This document shows, piece by piece, positions 1-13,190 of a stretch of DNA of 64,000 bases. Position 1 is the first letter of the stretch, and every line of letters begins with the position of its first letter. The notes below the pieces were generated by a model. It did no database searches. It was not told the DNA's origin and saw only the letters and a list, made by a program, of their open reading frames with translations. The DNA is from Thecamonas trahens ATCC 50062 (lineage: Eukaryota > Protista > Apusomonadida), in NCBI RefSeq assembly GCF_000142905.1, contig NW_013657610.1, positions 30,627-94,626 on the forward strand, given 5' to 3'. The position numbers and the translations under genes were made by a program.

Positions 1-3000
1 GCCGTGGCTGTTGCGGCCGCGCGTGAGGGCGTGGTCTACGCCCAGACCGAACCGCAGCCGACGGTGCCCGGCGTCATGGCGGTGGTGCTCAAGGCACTGG
101 CTTCCAACTCACCGTCGCTGGCCGGCGCCCTGGTCCAGGTTGTCGCCAAGGCCGTGGTCCCATTCGACTTCCTCATCTCACTCAAGGACGCCATAGTCAC
201 CATGGGCACTGGCGTTGCCGCCCTCATCCGCGAGTTCAAGGCCGGCTCGTCCTCGTCCTCGCGCGAGTCGTCGTTCAACATCGCCGGCCTCGCTGCAGCG
301 CTCGGGCAAGTGCTCGAGGTCATTTTCTCGCGTGTCGACCTGCGGCAGGTCGTTGAGCGCGGCCTGGTCCCTATGGCGTCGGCAGTCGTGGGCAGCATCC
401 CGCCCGACGCGCTCGACGAGATCTGCTCTTCCTGGTTCGACTCGCTGTACGAGGCCGTACTCTCGCAAGTGGTACCTGAGGTGGTCGAGGTCCTCCCCAA
501 GAGCCCTGCCTTCCGCGATGCCGTGGCCTCGGTCTTCAACCCGGCAGTGTTCGAAGACGTGCCGGGCCTCGCTTTCCTCGGTCCCAAGCTCCAGGCCTTC
601 CAGAAGAAGCTCTCGGGCCCGTACTACTTTGACATTACCATCGGCGATGTGTTTGCCTCGTTCAAGACCGCGGCAGTCAAGGCGCAGCGCGGCGACTGGG
701 CAAGCACGCTCAACGAGTTTGACCCGGACCCCAAGGTCACACCGCTGGTCAAAAGCCTCGTCCGCAAGCCGCCGCCGGGAACGCCCGCATCGCTAAAGGC
801 CTACGTCTCGCACTACGCCAAGAGCATCATGTCGGACTCGGTCTTTCCGCATTTTTGCGAGGCGCTCGTCTCAGAGATGGTCTACTCATCGACCACAGTG
901 GTTGAGGGGGTGTTCATGGTCCTTGTCGACGCGCTCTCTCGCGAGCCGGACCATATCCTGCGCAACGCGCTCAAGCCCATCCTCAATGCACAGGCGCGCT
1001 TCCGCAAACGCATCCAAAGCGACGGCGGGGCGGTCATGGGCGCCTTTGAGCGCAAAGCCAAGGTCGGCGGGCTGGTCCCGAGCTTGCTTGGCGTCCTCGT
1101 CTCGCTTCCGCTCCGCGGCCTCTCGCCGCTCATTGGCCTCGTCGCATCGCACTACGCCACGGCGCTGGAGGAGGAGGAGCTGCTGGCGATCGTCAACCGA
1201 GTGGGCTCGCGGTACCTTCCGCTGGCCACGACCTGGCGCGACTTTGTCATCACCCACCTCCATGCTTTTACACGCGAGCTCGTCGAGCCGGACCTCAAGG
1301 CCGAGGTGGACAAGATTGTGGACGACGGCGAGGCCGTCGGCCGCGAGCTGGTGGCCTTTGTGTACGAGATGGCGACGTCGATGGTCGAAGACGTGCTCGA
1401 CAAGGCATCCGGGACGGTGTCTGCCGCCCTCGACGAGCTACAGGGCCTGTCGTGGGACGAGGCGCAGGACGCAATCAAGGGTGCGATTCTGGAGGCGGAC
1501 GCGCTGGTGAGCCCCTGGGCCCGGGCGTACTCGACTCTGTACTCGGAGGGCGTGGGCGCCATCGTGGCCGACTTTGACCGCGACCTTGCACGGGCCCACG
1601 TGAGCGTGGCACTGACCAAGCTTAGCGAGCTTGTGCCCAAGATGCTTGTGCGGCGGTACGACGTGGTTGTCAAGGATGCCGCTGAAGCGCGTGGCCTGGT
1701 CTCTCAGGCCTTTGCGGACATGAACGTGGTGCTGGAGACCGATTTCGGCCACCGGAATGCAGAGAAGGCGCTCATCGACGTGCTGCTAGCCCTGTGCACC
1801 GCGCCACGGGGCGCTCTGCCTAGTGCCGATACGGCTGTTCGCGAGCGCGTGCTTGCCGCCATTGCGCGCGACGGAATTGTAGACGCACTCCGCGGGGTGG
1901 GCGAACGGTCGCCGCTGGAGCGGGCACTCGAGGTCGCCGAGCTGTGGACAAAAAACTCCCACGGCGATCTCGGTGAGATCGACGCGCTCGACGACTCACG
2001 GCGGAGCCGGCGGCACGACGTCCGCGACGCATTGCTGGTCGACAACGACGATGTTCAAGGCCGCTCGCCCGAGGCGCAGCTAGTCAAGCTCCTCACCTCG
2101 CTGGGGCTGGAGCGCGAGGTTGAGCGCGGTGCAGCGCGCGGCGCCCGGGTCGGTGCAACCGGTGGCGACTCGGACTCGGACTCGGACGACAGTGAGGCTG
2201 GCGGCAACGAGTGGCTCGATGCAGAGCTACGCGAGGCGGTGACGCTTTCGGAGGCCGGGCTCTCTATGTCGGACCGCGAGCGGCGGCTCTGCAAGACCCG
2301 CAGGGTGCTGCAGCGGGTGATGAGGATCTCGGGAAGCTCGACAAAGCAGTATCCAAAGCTCTCGCTGCACGGAATGGTGCTGCTCGCCCGGGTATCGACC
2401 AAGCTGCTCACTGACCTGCGGCAGCTCTTCCACATTGTGGGCGAAACGGACGAGGCCGACGGGGCGGTGCTCCGCGAGCTCTTTACCCTCAACTACGTCC
2501 TCATCCACGTCCTCCAGTTTTCAAGGCACGACTGCCCAAGACAATGGACGAGGTGGCGAGAGGCAAGGCCAACGCAGCCGAGGCTGCGCAGCTGTTTGAC
2601 ATCCTCGACGCGCTCTTTGAGCTCATGACCTCGATCGGCCACCGGGTGCGGGTGGTGCAAGGCGAGCTGGCAGTCGGTGCCCGGCTGACCCGCGGCTACC
2701 GGGAGAGCGCACAGGCGGTGGCAGTCGCCGCGCTGGATCTGGCGAGCTGCCTGCTGAACACGGGCCACGCGTTTGCGCGCCAGCTGGCAGGCGAAGTGGC
2801 CAAGGCCTCGGTCAAGGCTGCGCGCGTGGCGAGCAAGGCTAAGGGCAGCGCTGCTGATGCCGAGGCTAGCGGGAGCGAGGCCGAGTACGAGGCTGCGGTG
2901 ATGGAGGAGTTTGACTCGGCGGCATGCGAGGCCGTCGTTGTTCTCCTCATGATCCATGAGTCGTGGCCGGGCTTGCTCGTGGGCGGCGCGCGGGTGCCAG

Positions 3001-6000
3001 ACTATCTGGTGGCACACACCGCGGAGACGTCCGGATTCAAGGCCGGGAGCGAACCGCTGGACGCGTCGGCGTCACGGAGCGAGCAGCTGCGGGTCCTTGC
3101 CGCCCGCGAGGGCGAGGTTGCACTCGAGGTCTCGGGCTGCCTCTATGCCGTCTCGCGGATCTTTGCGTGTGCCCAGCTGAAACGGGTTGCTCGTGAGGCC
3201 GTGGTGCGTTACGGTCGGTCTGGTGCAACCGAAGGGGCGCTGGCAGCCCTGGTGGGTGGTCTCGGCGATGAGCGGGCTGGGTCGTTGTCGTCGTCGGACG
3301 AAGATGACGAGGCTCGCCCCAGTGGAGATCCGACCGGCGTGGGTCTCGACTCGCTGGGAGCCACTGTGGCCGAACTCTCCGAGAGTGGGCTGGACAAGGC
3401 CGGAGCCGAGGCTATCGAGCTCATTGAGTGGATGGTGCGGCAGGCAGCGCCGGTGCCGGGCGAGCTGCAGGATGCCGAGTTTGTCATTGCGCTTGCAGAG
3501 GAGGCGCTGGTGACGTACGCTGGGCAGGTTGTCGGGCGGAAGCGGGCACTCGGCTCGACGGCGCACAAGATGAAGCGGACGCTGGACGCAATGGGCAAGT
3601 GGCGCGAGACCAAGGTGAACACCCAGATGCCGCTGGCGTTTGTGGCGCACGCACTCGGACTTGGAGCGCTGGACGCGTCGGCAATTGCGGTGGCATCGTC
3701 GACAACCAAGACCGCGCTCGTGCGTGAGCTCATTGACATTGCCTACGACGAGGTTGTCGGTCGGCCCGAGGTGCTCTCGGAGGCGGTGGCAAAGCTCCCG
3801 ATGCGGACGAGCTCTGTCTCGCTCAGCGCGATTGTGGAGAGTGTGACGGCGGCGGTGGATCCGCACGCGCTGCTGGACCGACTCGTCGGTGCCATTGTAC
3901 GTGTGCTTCTGCGGCCGCAGTGCTACGTCGAGACTGTGCTGCAGTGCATCGGTGAGCGCGAGTCGCCGCGGTCTGTGCGTGCAACGATCATGAGCCGGCT
4001 TGCGATGATGAAGCGGCCATTTGACAAGGAGCTTGTCAAGCGGCTGCTGAACCCGAACGGGGCGCCGCTGTTTGTGGCGTCGACCAGGACGCTTGAGCGT
4101 TTCAATGCTGCAAGCAAGGTGGGCGACGCGATGGTCAGCTACCTTGCGGTTGCAGTGCCACGGATGGTGGCGTCGCTGCCGGGCACGCTTCAGGAGGAGA
4201 TGCAGAAAGAGGCGCGACTCGCCTTTCGTGCTATTCTCTCCAACTTTGTGCTCTCGTTCCAGCACATGCGTGGGCTGCTTGTGGAGGACACCTTTGAGGC
4301 AATGCTCGAGGTGTTTGGCCTGCCATACGGGACGATCCACCTCGGGCGTGCGTCGAATGTGATGTATGTAGAGACGCGCGCCGCGCGTGCTATTTTGGAC
4401 GGGCTCTCATCGGTACCGGCCGGATGGGCCGAGCAGGACTTGCTTGAAAAGATGTGCAAGGTGCACAGCTCTGCCGAGACCCAGGCCGGGGCCCTGCCCG
4501 AGGCGGCAACCGGCAACGAGACTGTTGAATCGCAGCGTGAGATTGTGTCTGTGGCCAAGGCAACGTCTGGCTGGGTCATGGCACGCATGGAGGGATCGCT
4601 CAAGTGGAGCGCCGCCGTGGAGGCTATCTTTGGCGACGAGGCTCAAAAATCATCATTTGGCCAAGCAGGGGAGCTGGAAGCCGAGCTGGAAGCCGAGCTG
4701 GCTCGGATGGAGTACGAGATCCGCGCGCGACGCGAGGAGCAGGCCGAGGTGCGGGCAACAGCAGCTGCCGAGGAGGGTGGGAGCGAGGACCGCACTGTCA
4801 AGGCCAAGGCCAAGTCCAAAGCCAAGTCCAAGTCCAAAGCCAAGTCCAAGTCCAAAGCCAAGAGCAAGGCCAAGGCCGATGCGCCCATGGAGCTGTTCAA
4901 GGTGGCGGACGCGGACGCGCGGATTCGGCGGTTGGAGTGGCGCGTCGAGGCATTGGGGCGGGTGCTCCGGGTTGGGCGCGAGCTCAGCCCGCACGCCGAG
5001 AACAGCGCTGTGCTGGAGGCGCTGTGCGAAGTGGGCGAAGCGCTCAACGAGTTGTGCAAGGTGTACACACCTGTGAGTGCACAGCGTGGCGTTGTGCTTG
5101 CGCTTGTGGCGCAGATCACGCAGCAGCTGTCAACAGAGGACTTTGGTGACCTCGTAGAGGAGGTGATCGAGGCCGGACGCGTGTTTGAGAGCGGGGCCGT
5201 AAGCGCAGTCGAGTTTGTGTGGCTGCGGATGGCGCTGACGCTGGACACGCGGCGGACGCTGGGTGGGCTACTGGAGCGGCTGCAGATCGGTGTGAGCGAG
5301 TTTGGGCTGGACATTTCGTTCAAGCCGAACGTGACCGACTGGTTGTACGAGACAATGACGGACGAGGCCGCTGGAGTGCTTGCCAACAAGTTTGGCGTGC
5401 GAAATCGCGAGACGTTTACGATGGGCAACCTGTTCGGCGACGCGACCGGCTCGTTTGCGCGGTATGTCCTGAGCAGCGACTCGTATCACGACAAGGTGCC
5501 TGCGCGACCGGGTACGTTTGCGCTGAGCGACGAGGAGGTGGAAGAGCTGCAGAGCCACCTATGCCAGCTGTTTACGCGGTGGAAGGTTGCCCTGACGGGG
5601 ACGCCACTGGAGCTGGTGGCGTACGCGCTGCAGTACAAGTGGACGGCAGACTTGGGCTCAGAGATGGGCCAGGTGTGGATGAACTTTATGTCGGGACGGA
5701 TGTTCGACTGGCTGCTGTACGAGGAGATGTTTGGCAAGGACGCGATGGGGCGGTGGCTCTACGCGCGCGAGGTGGAAGAGTACCTGCGGCTGTGTGACCG
5801 CGGAGCTGCCGGACGCGAGGAGGCTGTAGCGTTCTTCAGCAAGTGGATGGGCGGGATCAAGGGCTTCTCGTCGCGCAACAGCGCCCACGGCCGGGCTGGC
5901 AATGTGTACCTCTGGTTCCGTGGGATCATGGAAGACATGATAGCGGGCGACTACTTTTTCTGCTACTTTGACGAGGCTCGGGCCGAGGGCTTCAAGATCA

Positions 6001-9000
6001 AATCGATGCTGAAGACGCCCGTGCTCGAGCACGAGCTGTTGGGGCAGATGACGAAGCTGCTTGCGTCGTCGAAGCGTGCCAAACAGCTTGTGACGCACGC
6101 GGCGGTGGAGGCGGTGGGTCCTGTGGCACAGGTGGTGGTCATCAAGCTGCTGAGGCAGTTCCTCCGCAAAGTTGTGTTGGGCAAGCTGAAGGATGCGCTG
6201 CGCCGTGTGGACGCGCGTGTGCTGGAGGAGGTGATGGCCCAGGTTGTGGCTGCCGTCCGAACGTCGCCACTGGCCAAGCTGGCAGGTGTCTTTGAGGGAC
6301 TGTCGGGCGGCAAGGTGCGCGCGATTGTGGGCGCCTTCTTTTCTGCCTTTGCCGACGCGTTCCTCCGGGCGCTCGAGGCAGACATGGGCAAGATGACAGT
6401 GTTCGGCTCGCAGATTGTGGTCAGCTTTGTCGAGGCGCGGCGGAGTGGCGTATCTGTTCCCGAGCTGCTGGCGCTTGTGGAGGCGAACCTGGGCATGATC
6501 GTGGACATTGTGAAGGAGGTCGACATGGAGGTGTTCATGTCGAGTGTGGTCGGCGAGCTTGTGGAAGCGCTCATTCCGGGGCGCGTCCTTGTCTCGCTCC
6601 GCAAGCTCGGCGCGACATGGTCCAAGTCGGACTCGGAGGCGGCGACGCTCGGTGAAGGAAGCTCGAGCGGGTGCTGCGGATGCAGAGGAGGTGGGAGCCT
6701 TACTGCAGAGATCGACGACGACGACGGCGACGGCGAGGTCGGTGAAGAAGACAACGGGGCCGTGGACTTTGGCGAGCTTGTGGAGGCGCTGGCAGAGCTT
6801 GTGGGCGAACTGGTGACCGAGAGCGACTTTGGCGAGCTGCTGAGCAAGCTCAAGGGCGTTCTGGGTGTGCCTGCCATGGCTGTGGTCATGGACGGCTACC
6901 GGAGGCGCGGGCTGGACTACGGCGGCAGCGTCGTGGCCAAGTTCTACACGCGGGTGTTTGAGCGTGCCGGTGTTGGCTCTATGGCGTATGACGAGCTGGT
7001 GGAGATGAGCGAGCGTGCAGAGAGCGGCAGCGGAGCATCGTATGTGGCGATTGTGGACCGGCTGCTGAAGGCGTCGGAAGGCGGGGACGAGGAGAAGGAC
7101 GCCACCGACGCAGAGAATGCTTACGACGCCGACGAAGAAGGCGAGGAGGAGGAGGAAGGGAAGAGGAAGACTCGCTTGTCAAGGCGAGCATGGAAGAGGC
7201 GTTGAGCAAGCTGGCGCCGAAGCGGATTGCGAAGGCTGTGGCGCAGGCCGAGGGCGAGACCGAACTGCTGGGACAGTTCCTGCGGGAGCTTGTGGGGCTG
7301 GCCAAGGTCATCACGTCGCGGAGCGAGGGCGGAGCCGACGGAGCAAGGGCTGGCAACGGCGACGAGGGTGGCGACGATGCAGATGGTCGGTCCAGTCGGT
7401 CGATGTCGCAATCTGTACATGCGCTCGCGGAAGTGATGCACAACATGGTGTCATGGCGGGAGCTGGGCAAGGAGATGGTCGTCGAAGCAATGACCGGCGT
7501 GGAGCGCAAGTTCAACGCCGAGATCTGGCCAGAGTTTGCGGGGCGTCTGCGGACGCAGGTTGCCGAGGCGCTAGAGGCGCTGGAAGACGCTGAAGACGAG
7601 GACGATGAGCTGGAGACGGCGCGCGAGACCGTGACTTCAGTGCAGACGAGCCTGTTTGGGTACCTGGAGGTGGTGGCACAGGTCATGGTGGCATCGACCG
7701 AGAGCGGCGAGGTAGAGCTCGCGCTTGTGCGTTCGCTGTATGCCGATGGCGAGAGCGGGTCCATCTCGAACATGGTGTCTGGCAAGCGTGGCGGAGGCTG
7801 GGACGTGCTGGGCGTGCTCGGGACGGTGTTCCCGCTGCTGGGACAATCGCTTGCGGTGCTGAGCGAGGGTGTGCCTGGGGCGGATGAGTACTTTGCCCAG
7901 CGGAACGACGGGTTTGGTCTTCGTGTGCTTCAGGTGCTCAACGAGTGCCGCGTCGACACGGGGCGGCTGCTGAGCTCTGGGCACGAGTCTGAGGCATTCG
8001 AGTTTGCGGACGTGAGTGGGGCATCTGGAGCATGGGAGCAGGTTGTTGTGGATGCCATCAAGGCTGTGTTCTTCCCGTTCTCTGAGTCTCTTGGCCCGCG
8101 CGGGTTCGACATTGAGCAGAGCGCGAGCGAGGTGCTCGGCGATTTGGAAGAGCGGATGCTGGACTTGCTTGACTTTGTGCAGCAGACGCTGCGCGGGTTC
8201 TGGCGGAGCGCTGTTGCTGCGGTGGACGAAGACCAAAGCCTGGGTGCCCAGCTGGCCAAGCGGGCGTGGGCGGTTGTTGGCGAGGAGCTGCGGCGACTTG
8301 CGGTGACCGGGCGGGAGGTGCGGCGGATGGGACGTGAGGTACGTGGACGTCTGGAGTTTGCGTCGACCGAGGTGATGGAGCGTGTTGGCGGAAGCGTGGA
8401 GGAGGTGATGCGGTACGACGAGGCGATGCCTGCGGCACTGGAGGCGTACCAAGAGGCCGAGGGCGCGTATACGGCCGCCAAAGATCTCGTGGAAGGGCTG
8501 CTGGGCGAAGTGAGCGACTACGTGTTTGGTGAGCTGCTACCCGGGCTTGTGGGCGAGGTCTTTGACCTTGTCCTCATTCCGACGTCTGCAGCGACGGCGT
8601 CGTGGAAGGCTGTGCTGCCACTTGTTCTCGAGTTTGTGCAAGAGCTTGTGAGTGCGTCGCCGCTTGTGCTTGTGAACCAGATCCTTGGGCTTGCAGCGAG
8701 CAAGGTTGTGGACGGGCTGCACTCGCAGGAGGCGATGGTGCTCTCTGTGCTGCGATCGCTGCGGCTGCGGCTGCAGGGGCTCGTGCGGCAGCCGCGGTCT
8801 GTGTGGCGCGGCGTTCAGGCTGTGGGCGGCCTACTCGAGTCGGGCGCCGACGGCGACGTTGTGCTGCGGCGCGTGTTTGCCTGGGTTGACGTGCGCGGCC
8901 TGATGCAGGCGCTCGCTGCAGAGCTTTGCTCGCTGGTTGTGGCGCCGCACAAGGTGCTGCTCGGCGGGCTTGTCTCGCCGCTCGCGGCTGCGGCTGCGAG

Positions 9001-11731
9001 CCAAACGGAGGCGCTGCTGGAGCTGCAGGGGCAGCTGCTGAGGCAAGCGCCCGATGTGTGGAGCGAGGTTGGCGAGATTGTCAAGCGCGCTGCGATGGTC
9101 GGCCTCTCGCGCGAGACGCTTGTGTCCGGCATCCAGGGCCATGTGGTAGGCGTGGCCAACGACCAGGGATGGGATGCCGAGGAGGGCCTTGTGCTCAACT
9201 ACTTTTACGTGTTTGACCAGGTCCACGACGGCGTGCTCAAGCTGATGAAGAGCAAGTTTGTGATGCGGGTGGAGAATGCTGTGGCGCGTGCGCGGGAGCA
9301 AGCGCCTGCGGCTGTGGAACAGTTTGTGCTCCGGCTTGTGCTTGGGTGGCTGGAGGGCGGAGGGAGCGAGACGTCGCTCCGCGGCTTCCTGGAAGGCGCG
9401 ACCGAGAACGTGGTGACGTTTGTGTCGCAGGTCGAGGGCCTGGCAGAGGAGCTGCTTGTGGGCTTTCTGGAGTCTGCAGGCGAGGCGCTGGTCGAGTACG
9501 CAACCGAGACGCTGCTGGCCGGTATCGGGCAGGCTGCGCTTCGGAACGTGAGCGTTGTGGCGCAGCAGAACGCGAGCGTGGTCTCGTTGCGAAAGCTGTT
9601 CAACGCCATGCACGACCGAGTGCGGGACGTGGTGAAAGAGATGCTGCAGCACGAGGCGCTTGAGGATGTCCTGGCCAGCGGCGAGGATGTGGCCAGCTGG
9701 CTGGAGCCTGTGTATGGCTGGATGGCCGACGGCGGACTAGAGACGTTTGTCGGTGGCTCGCCGGACGCCGAGGATGACGAGGACGTGGTCGATCAAGTGC
9801 TGCGGCTGTGTAAGGAGGCGAGCGGCGGCGGACAAGGTGGCAGCAAGGTCAACGAGGTGCTCGCGGCTGTGGTGAGCGGGCTCCGGGCCGCGGTGGAGGA
9901 CGCGATGGAGGAGGGAAGCGAAGGCGTGTTTGTCATGGCGGCGCGAGCTCTGGAGGACGGCGTGCTGCAGAGCCTGAAGGACGGTGGCGAGGCCGGCGGC
10001 GCTGCGATGATGAGCCGGCTGATGGCGATTGTGGCCAAGGGCATGGAGGCTGTTGCGTCGCGGCGGAGCGAGGATGTGCTGGCGCTGCGGCGGTCGGGCG
10101 AGCGCGTGGACGAAGCCGTCGAGGTACTCGGAGGCGAGCTCTCCGAGTCGATCGGTGAGGACTACTACGAGCGTGCGTTTGTGGCGTCGTACGTGCTGGA
10201 TGTTGTGTGCGAGCCTGTGCTGCGGATGATGGTGTCGTCAACCAGTCCGGCGGCGATGCTGACGAGTCTTGTGGCGGCGCGAAAGAGCAGGAGCGCGCAG
10301 ATTGTGGTGAAGAGCTGGCCAAGAATTGTGGCGCAGTTTGCTCAGCGTGTGCTGTCCGAGGTAGGCGGCGCCGACGGCGACGATGAGAGCGGCGGCGAGG
10401 GGCGGCGGTGGAGACCGCTGGATTTTGTGCGGTCGTTCTTTGGCGACGACGTGGGCAGGGCGGCGATCAAGGTGGAGACGATGGAGGCCGTGGCGCGCGC
10501 GTCGGGCAAGTGGGTGTCGCAAGTGGTGGCGCCCGTGGCCAAGTCTGGCGCCGGGGCCAACAAGGCTGCTGGGGCAGGCGGAGCGTCGCTTGTGGCGCGC
10601 GGGCTCGGACTCCGTGGGCTCGGGGTGCAGGCGTACGTCGAGGGCGTGGTGGACGGTGTTCTGCTCAACGGGCCGCTAGGCCCGGTCTTTGCGCCACGGT
10701 CCGGTGTGATCAAGGCTGCAGTCGCCGGGCTCGATGAGAGCATGGCCGAGCGGAAGCTCGGGCAGCTCATCGGCGAGCTTGTTGCGGCGAGTGCACGCAA
10801 GGCGGCAGAGGGCTCTGAAGAGGCGCTGGTGTACCTCGTGCGGTTCCTGGCAGCGCCGGAGCTCGGCCCGCGATTTGTGGAAGCGCTGCTTGTGGGCGCG
10901 AGCGTGGGCATTGCGAGCGTGCAGGAGGCGGTTGCGAGCGTTGTGGCGTGGGCGCGGCTGATGGTGAAGAAGGGCGCCGGGAAGCGAGGCGAGGTGGTTG
11001 CAGCGCTTGTGGGCCAGTGGCGGGCGCTCCTCGCCGAGGTCCCCGCCCTGGCCAAGAAGGAGATGGAGTCTGGCGGAAGCGTGCTCGAGTCCGAAGTCCT
11101 TGCGCCGTACCGAGAGGTTGCGGAGGAGCTTGTGGGCAAGATCCTGAGCAACTCGCAGTCCACCATCCGGACGCTCAACTCTGTGCTCGGCAAAACGACG
11201 CAGGTTGTGGAGGGAGGGAAGCGGATGCTGTCGTCTGTAGACGAGAAGCTCAACCGTGGCTTTGCGGTGATTGTGGACGATGTGGTGGCCGAGGTGAAGA
11301 GCCAGACTGCGGGGCGGTCGTCGACTGTGGAGGAGAGCGAGCTGCGTGACAAGTGCGCAGATGCGACAAGCGTGGCGATGAAGCAGCGGGTGAAGAGCGT
11401 GTTTGGCGTGAGCGACACGCAGCTTGCAGTGAGTCTCGGCGTGGCCGTCCTCCTCCTGGCCATCATTCTCGCCTTTATCTTCCTCGGTGTGAGCGCGTTC
11501 CGCGGCGGTGGCGCGGCGACAGCGCTCATCAACTCGATCCTGGTGGTGGTGGGTGGGTTCGGGACGAGCGCCGGTAACTCGAAGAGCGGCAGCGGCGTGT
11601 TCCGCATGGTCATGCCCAAAATCCAGGCCTTCCTCGAGACGTGGGTGGGCAAGGCGATGGTGGGCGGGCTGGTGAAGGAGATTGCCGGCGAGGTGGTGGT
11701 GGAGATGGTGCGGGACGACGCGCTGCTGTGA
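1..11731 (+). CDS. Giant (>3,900 aa, 5' end outside the window) predicted alpha-helical protein with C-terminal transmembrane hairpin; function unknown
   Basis: ORFs 4-2628, 2544-7205 and 7190-11731 share the same composition. They join by adding one base at CAG TTTT CAAG (~2518-2521, giving Q-F-F-K-A-R-L-P-K-T-M) and at GAA GGG AAG (~7168-7170, giving E-G-E-E-E-D-S-L-V-K-A-S-M). The C-terminus has the hydrophobic segments LAVSLGVAVLLLAIILAFIFLGVSAF and ATALINSILVVVGG. Confidence 0.8.
4800..4877 (+). repeat. Coding (KA/KS)n repeat, KAKAKSKAKSKSKAKSKSKAKSKAKA
   Basis: Hexamer repeats aaggcc/aagtcc/aaagcc, in frame within the giant CDS. Confidence 0.9.
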
Positions 11732-11828
11732 GTCGCGTCCCAGCCCCGCAGACCTTGCCCGGCTCGGCACTGCCGATGTCAGCCACAGTGGTAAACAATG
11801 AGCAAAGTGCAGGCGGGCAGGCGGACCG

Positions 11829-13190
11829 TCATGTGCCCAGCCGGGCAAGGGCGCCGTCGACAAGATCGAGGAGACGGACGTCGCCAAAGCGGCCGTGCTT
11901 CCGGATGATAAAGGCGCGGAGCTGGCGGAGGCGGTGGAGGTCGGCGAGCGACTCCAAGGTGCGGGCGACGACGGCCCAGTGCTTGCAGCGGGTGGCGAGC
12001 TTGATGCGGGCCTCTGGGTCAGCGATGAGGCCAAGGAAGTAGTCGACGAGGTCGGGCGGGGCGTCGTGGGCGACGGCGGCGGCGACAAAGGGCTCCCAGC
12101 CGATGACCGACTTGGGCTTGCGGCGGCGAGCCTTGGCCGGGTTTTTGGCGAGTGCCTTGCGGGCGGCGTGGTAGTCGGCGCCGGCCCAGGCCAGGCTCCG
12201 CAGCAGCTCCCAGTCGCCGATCTGTGCGGCGGCAAGGGCCGACTTGCGCATGTAGGCCGCCGGCGAGAGGGCGAGGGCGGCAGCCAAGGCGCGCGGCGAG
12301 GCGACCGAGTCGTCGGGCGCGGCGCGGTGGTAGAAGAGCAGGTAGTGGGCAGTGGCGTAGACAGAGCGGCCAAGGAGCGGGCGCGGTGGGAAGCGGAGCA
12401 GAATGGGCGGCGGGTTGCTGCCAGCGGCGGCGGCAGCATCCATCTTCTGGACCTTGGCCTGGATGCGGAGGAGCGCAATCTGAGCAGCGATAGACGAGCG
12501 GAGGAAGCCGCGCGGCGACTCGCGGGCGGCCGGATCAGCAGCAGCCTTTGCAGCAGCCTCCAGCGCCGGCAGGCGGCGATCGGGCGGGGCGGCCAGAGCA
12601 GCGCGGAGGAGGGCCCATGCCGAGGCCGGCGGTGGGAGCAGGGCGCGGGTGGCGGCAATCAGCTCCGGGTACGCGCCAACGGCGCGGAGATGGGCCAGGT
12701 AGTAGGGGACGGCTGCAGGAGCGGCAGCGAGCATATCGTAGAACGCCGCCGCCGTCAACGACGCCCGCTCCCCAGCCAGCACATCGATCACAGCATGACC
12801 GGCACAGCGATCAGCCAGAGCGGTGAGCAGCGCAGCCTTTGCCGCCGGCGACGGCAGAGCGCGAAGAGCAAGCGGAGCGCCCGCCAAGACCGCCGCCACC
12901 GCCGCCGGCACCGGATTGGGAGTGGCCGCAGAGGCCGAGGCGGAGCGAGACGAGGCGGAGCGAGAGGAGGCGGAGCGAGACGAGGCGGAGCGAGACGAGG
13001 CGGAGCGAGACGAGGCGGAGCGAGACGAGGCGGATCGGAGGCGTGTGCGGAGGGCGGTGATGGTGGCATCACGGGCAGAGAGGTCTGCGGTGAGGGCGGT
13101 GATGGTGGCATGGCGTGCGGAGAGGTCTGCGGTGAGGGCGGTGATGGTGGCGAGGGCCGAGGCGAGGGCAGGGCAGGGGGAGGAGGGGGA
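11829..13190 (-). CDS. VIPAS39: VIPAS39/SPE-39 (Vps16B)-like protein; 5' end uncertain because it runs into low-complexity DNA
   Basis: RFPPRPLLGRSVYATAHYLLFYH...SVASPRAL, KPKSVIGWEPFV...APPDLVDYFLGLIADPEARIKLATRCKHWAVV are collinear with the remembered human VIPAS39 C-terminal half ([25 protein letters not shown]...SSPVNL; APIGF; KLNLATKFKCHDVV). The upstream part of ORF 11829-13964 is translated microsatellite. Confidence 0.8.
   Translation of the reverse strand, partial: SPSSPCPALASALATITALTADLSARHATITALTADLSARDATITALRTRLRSASSRSASSRSASSRSASSRSASSRSASSRSASASAATPNPVPAAVAAVLAGAPLALRALPSPAAKAALLTALADRCAGHAVIDVLAGERASLTAAAFYDMLAAAPAAVPYYLAHLRAVGAYPELIAATRALLPPPASAWALLRAALAAPPDRRLPALEAAAKAAADPAARESPRGFLRSSIAAQIALLRIQAKVQKMDAAAAAGSNPPPILLRFPPRPLLGRSVYATAHYLLFYHRAAPDDSVASPRALAAALALSPAAYMRKSALAAAQIGDWELLRSLAWAGADYHAARKALAKNPAKARRRKPKSVIGWEPFVAAAVAHDAPPDLVDYFLGLIADPEARIKLATRCKHWAVVARTLESLADLHRLRQLRAFIIRKHGRFGDVRLLDLVDGALARLGT
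12935..13150 (-). repeat. Coding tandem repeats: 15-bp (RSASS) x~6 and 39-bp (ATITALTADLSAR) x~2.5
   Basis: gaggcggagcgagac units and duplicated gtgatggtggca...gaggtctgcggtgagggcg are visible directly. Confidence 0.85.

Noticed and set aside
2510-2530. Programmed -1 ribosomal frameshift in the giant gene
   Set aside because: No X XXY YYZ heptamer here or at ~7169, and the same indel pattern occurs across many unrelated genes.
10342-12658. Long antisense or alternate-frame ORFs overlapping real genes (also 21242-22648, 58018-59985, 60467-61942)
   Set aside because: Expected shadows of very high GC3; no motifs.
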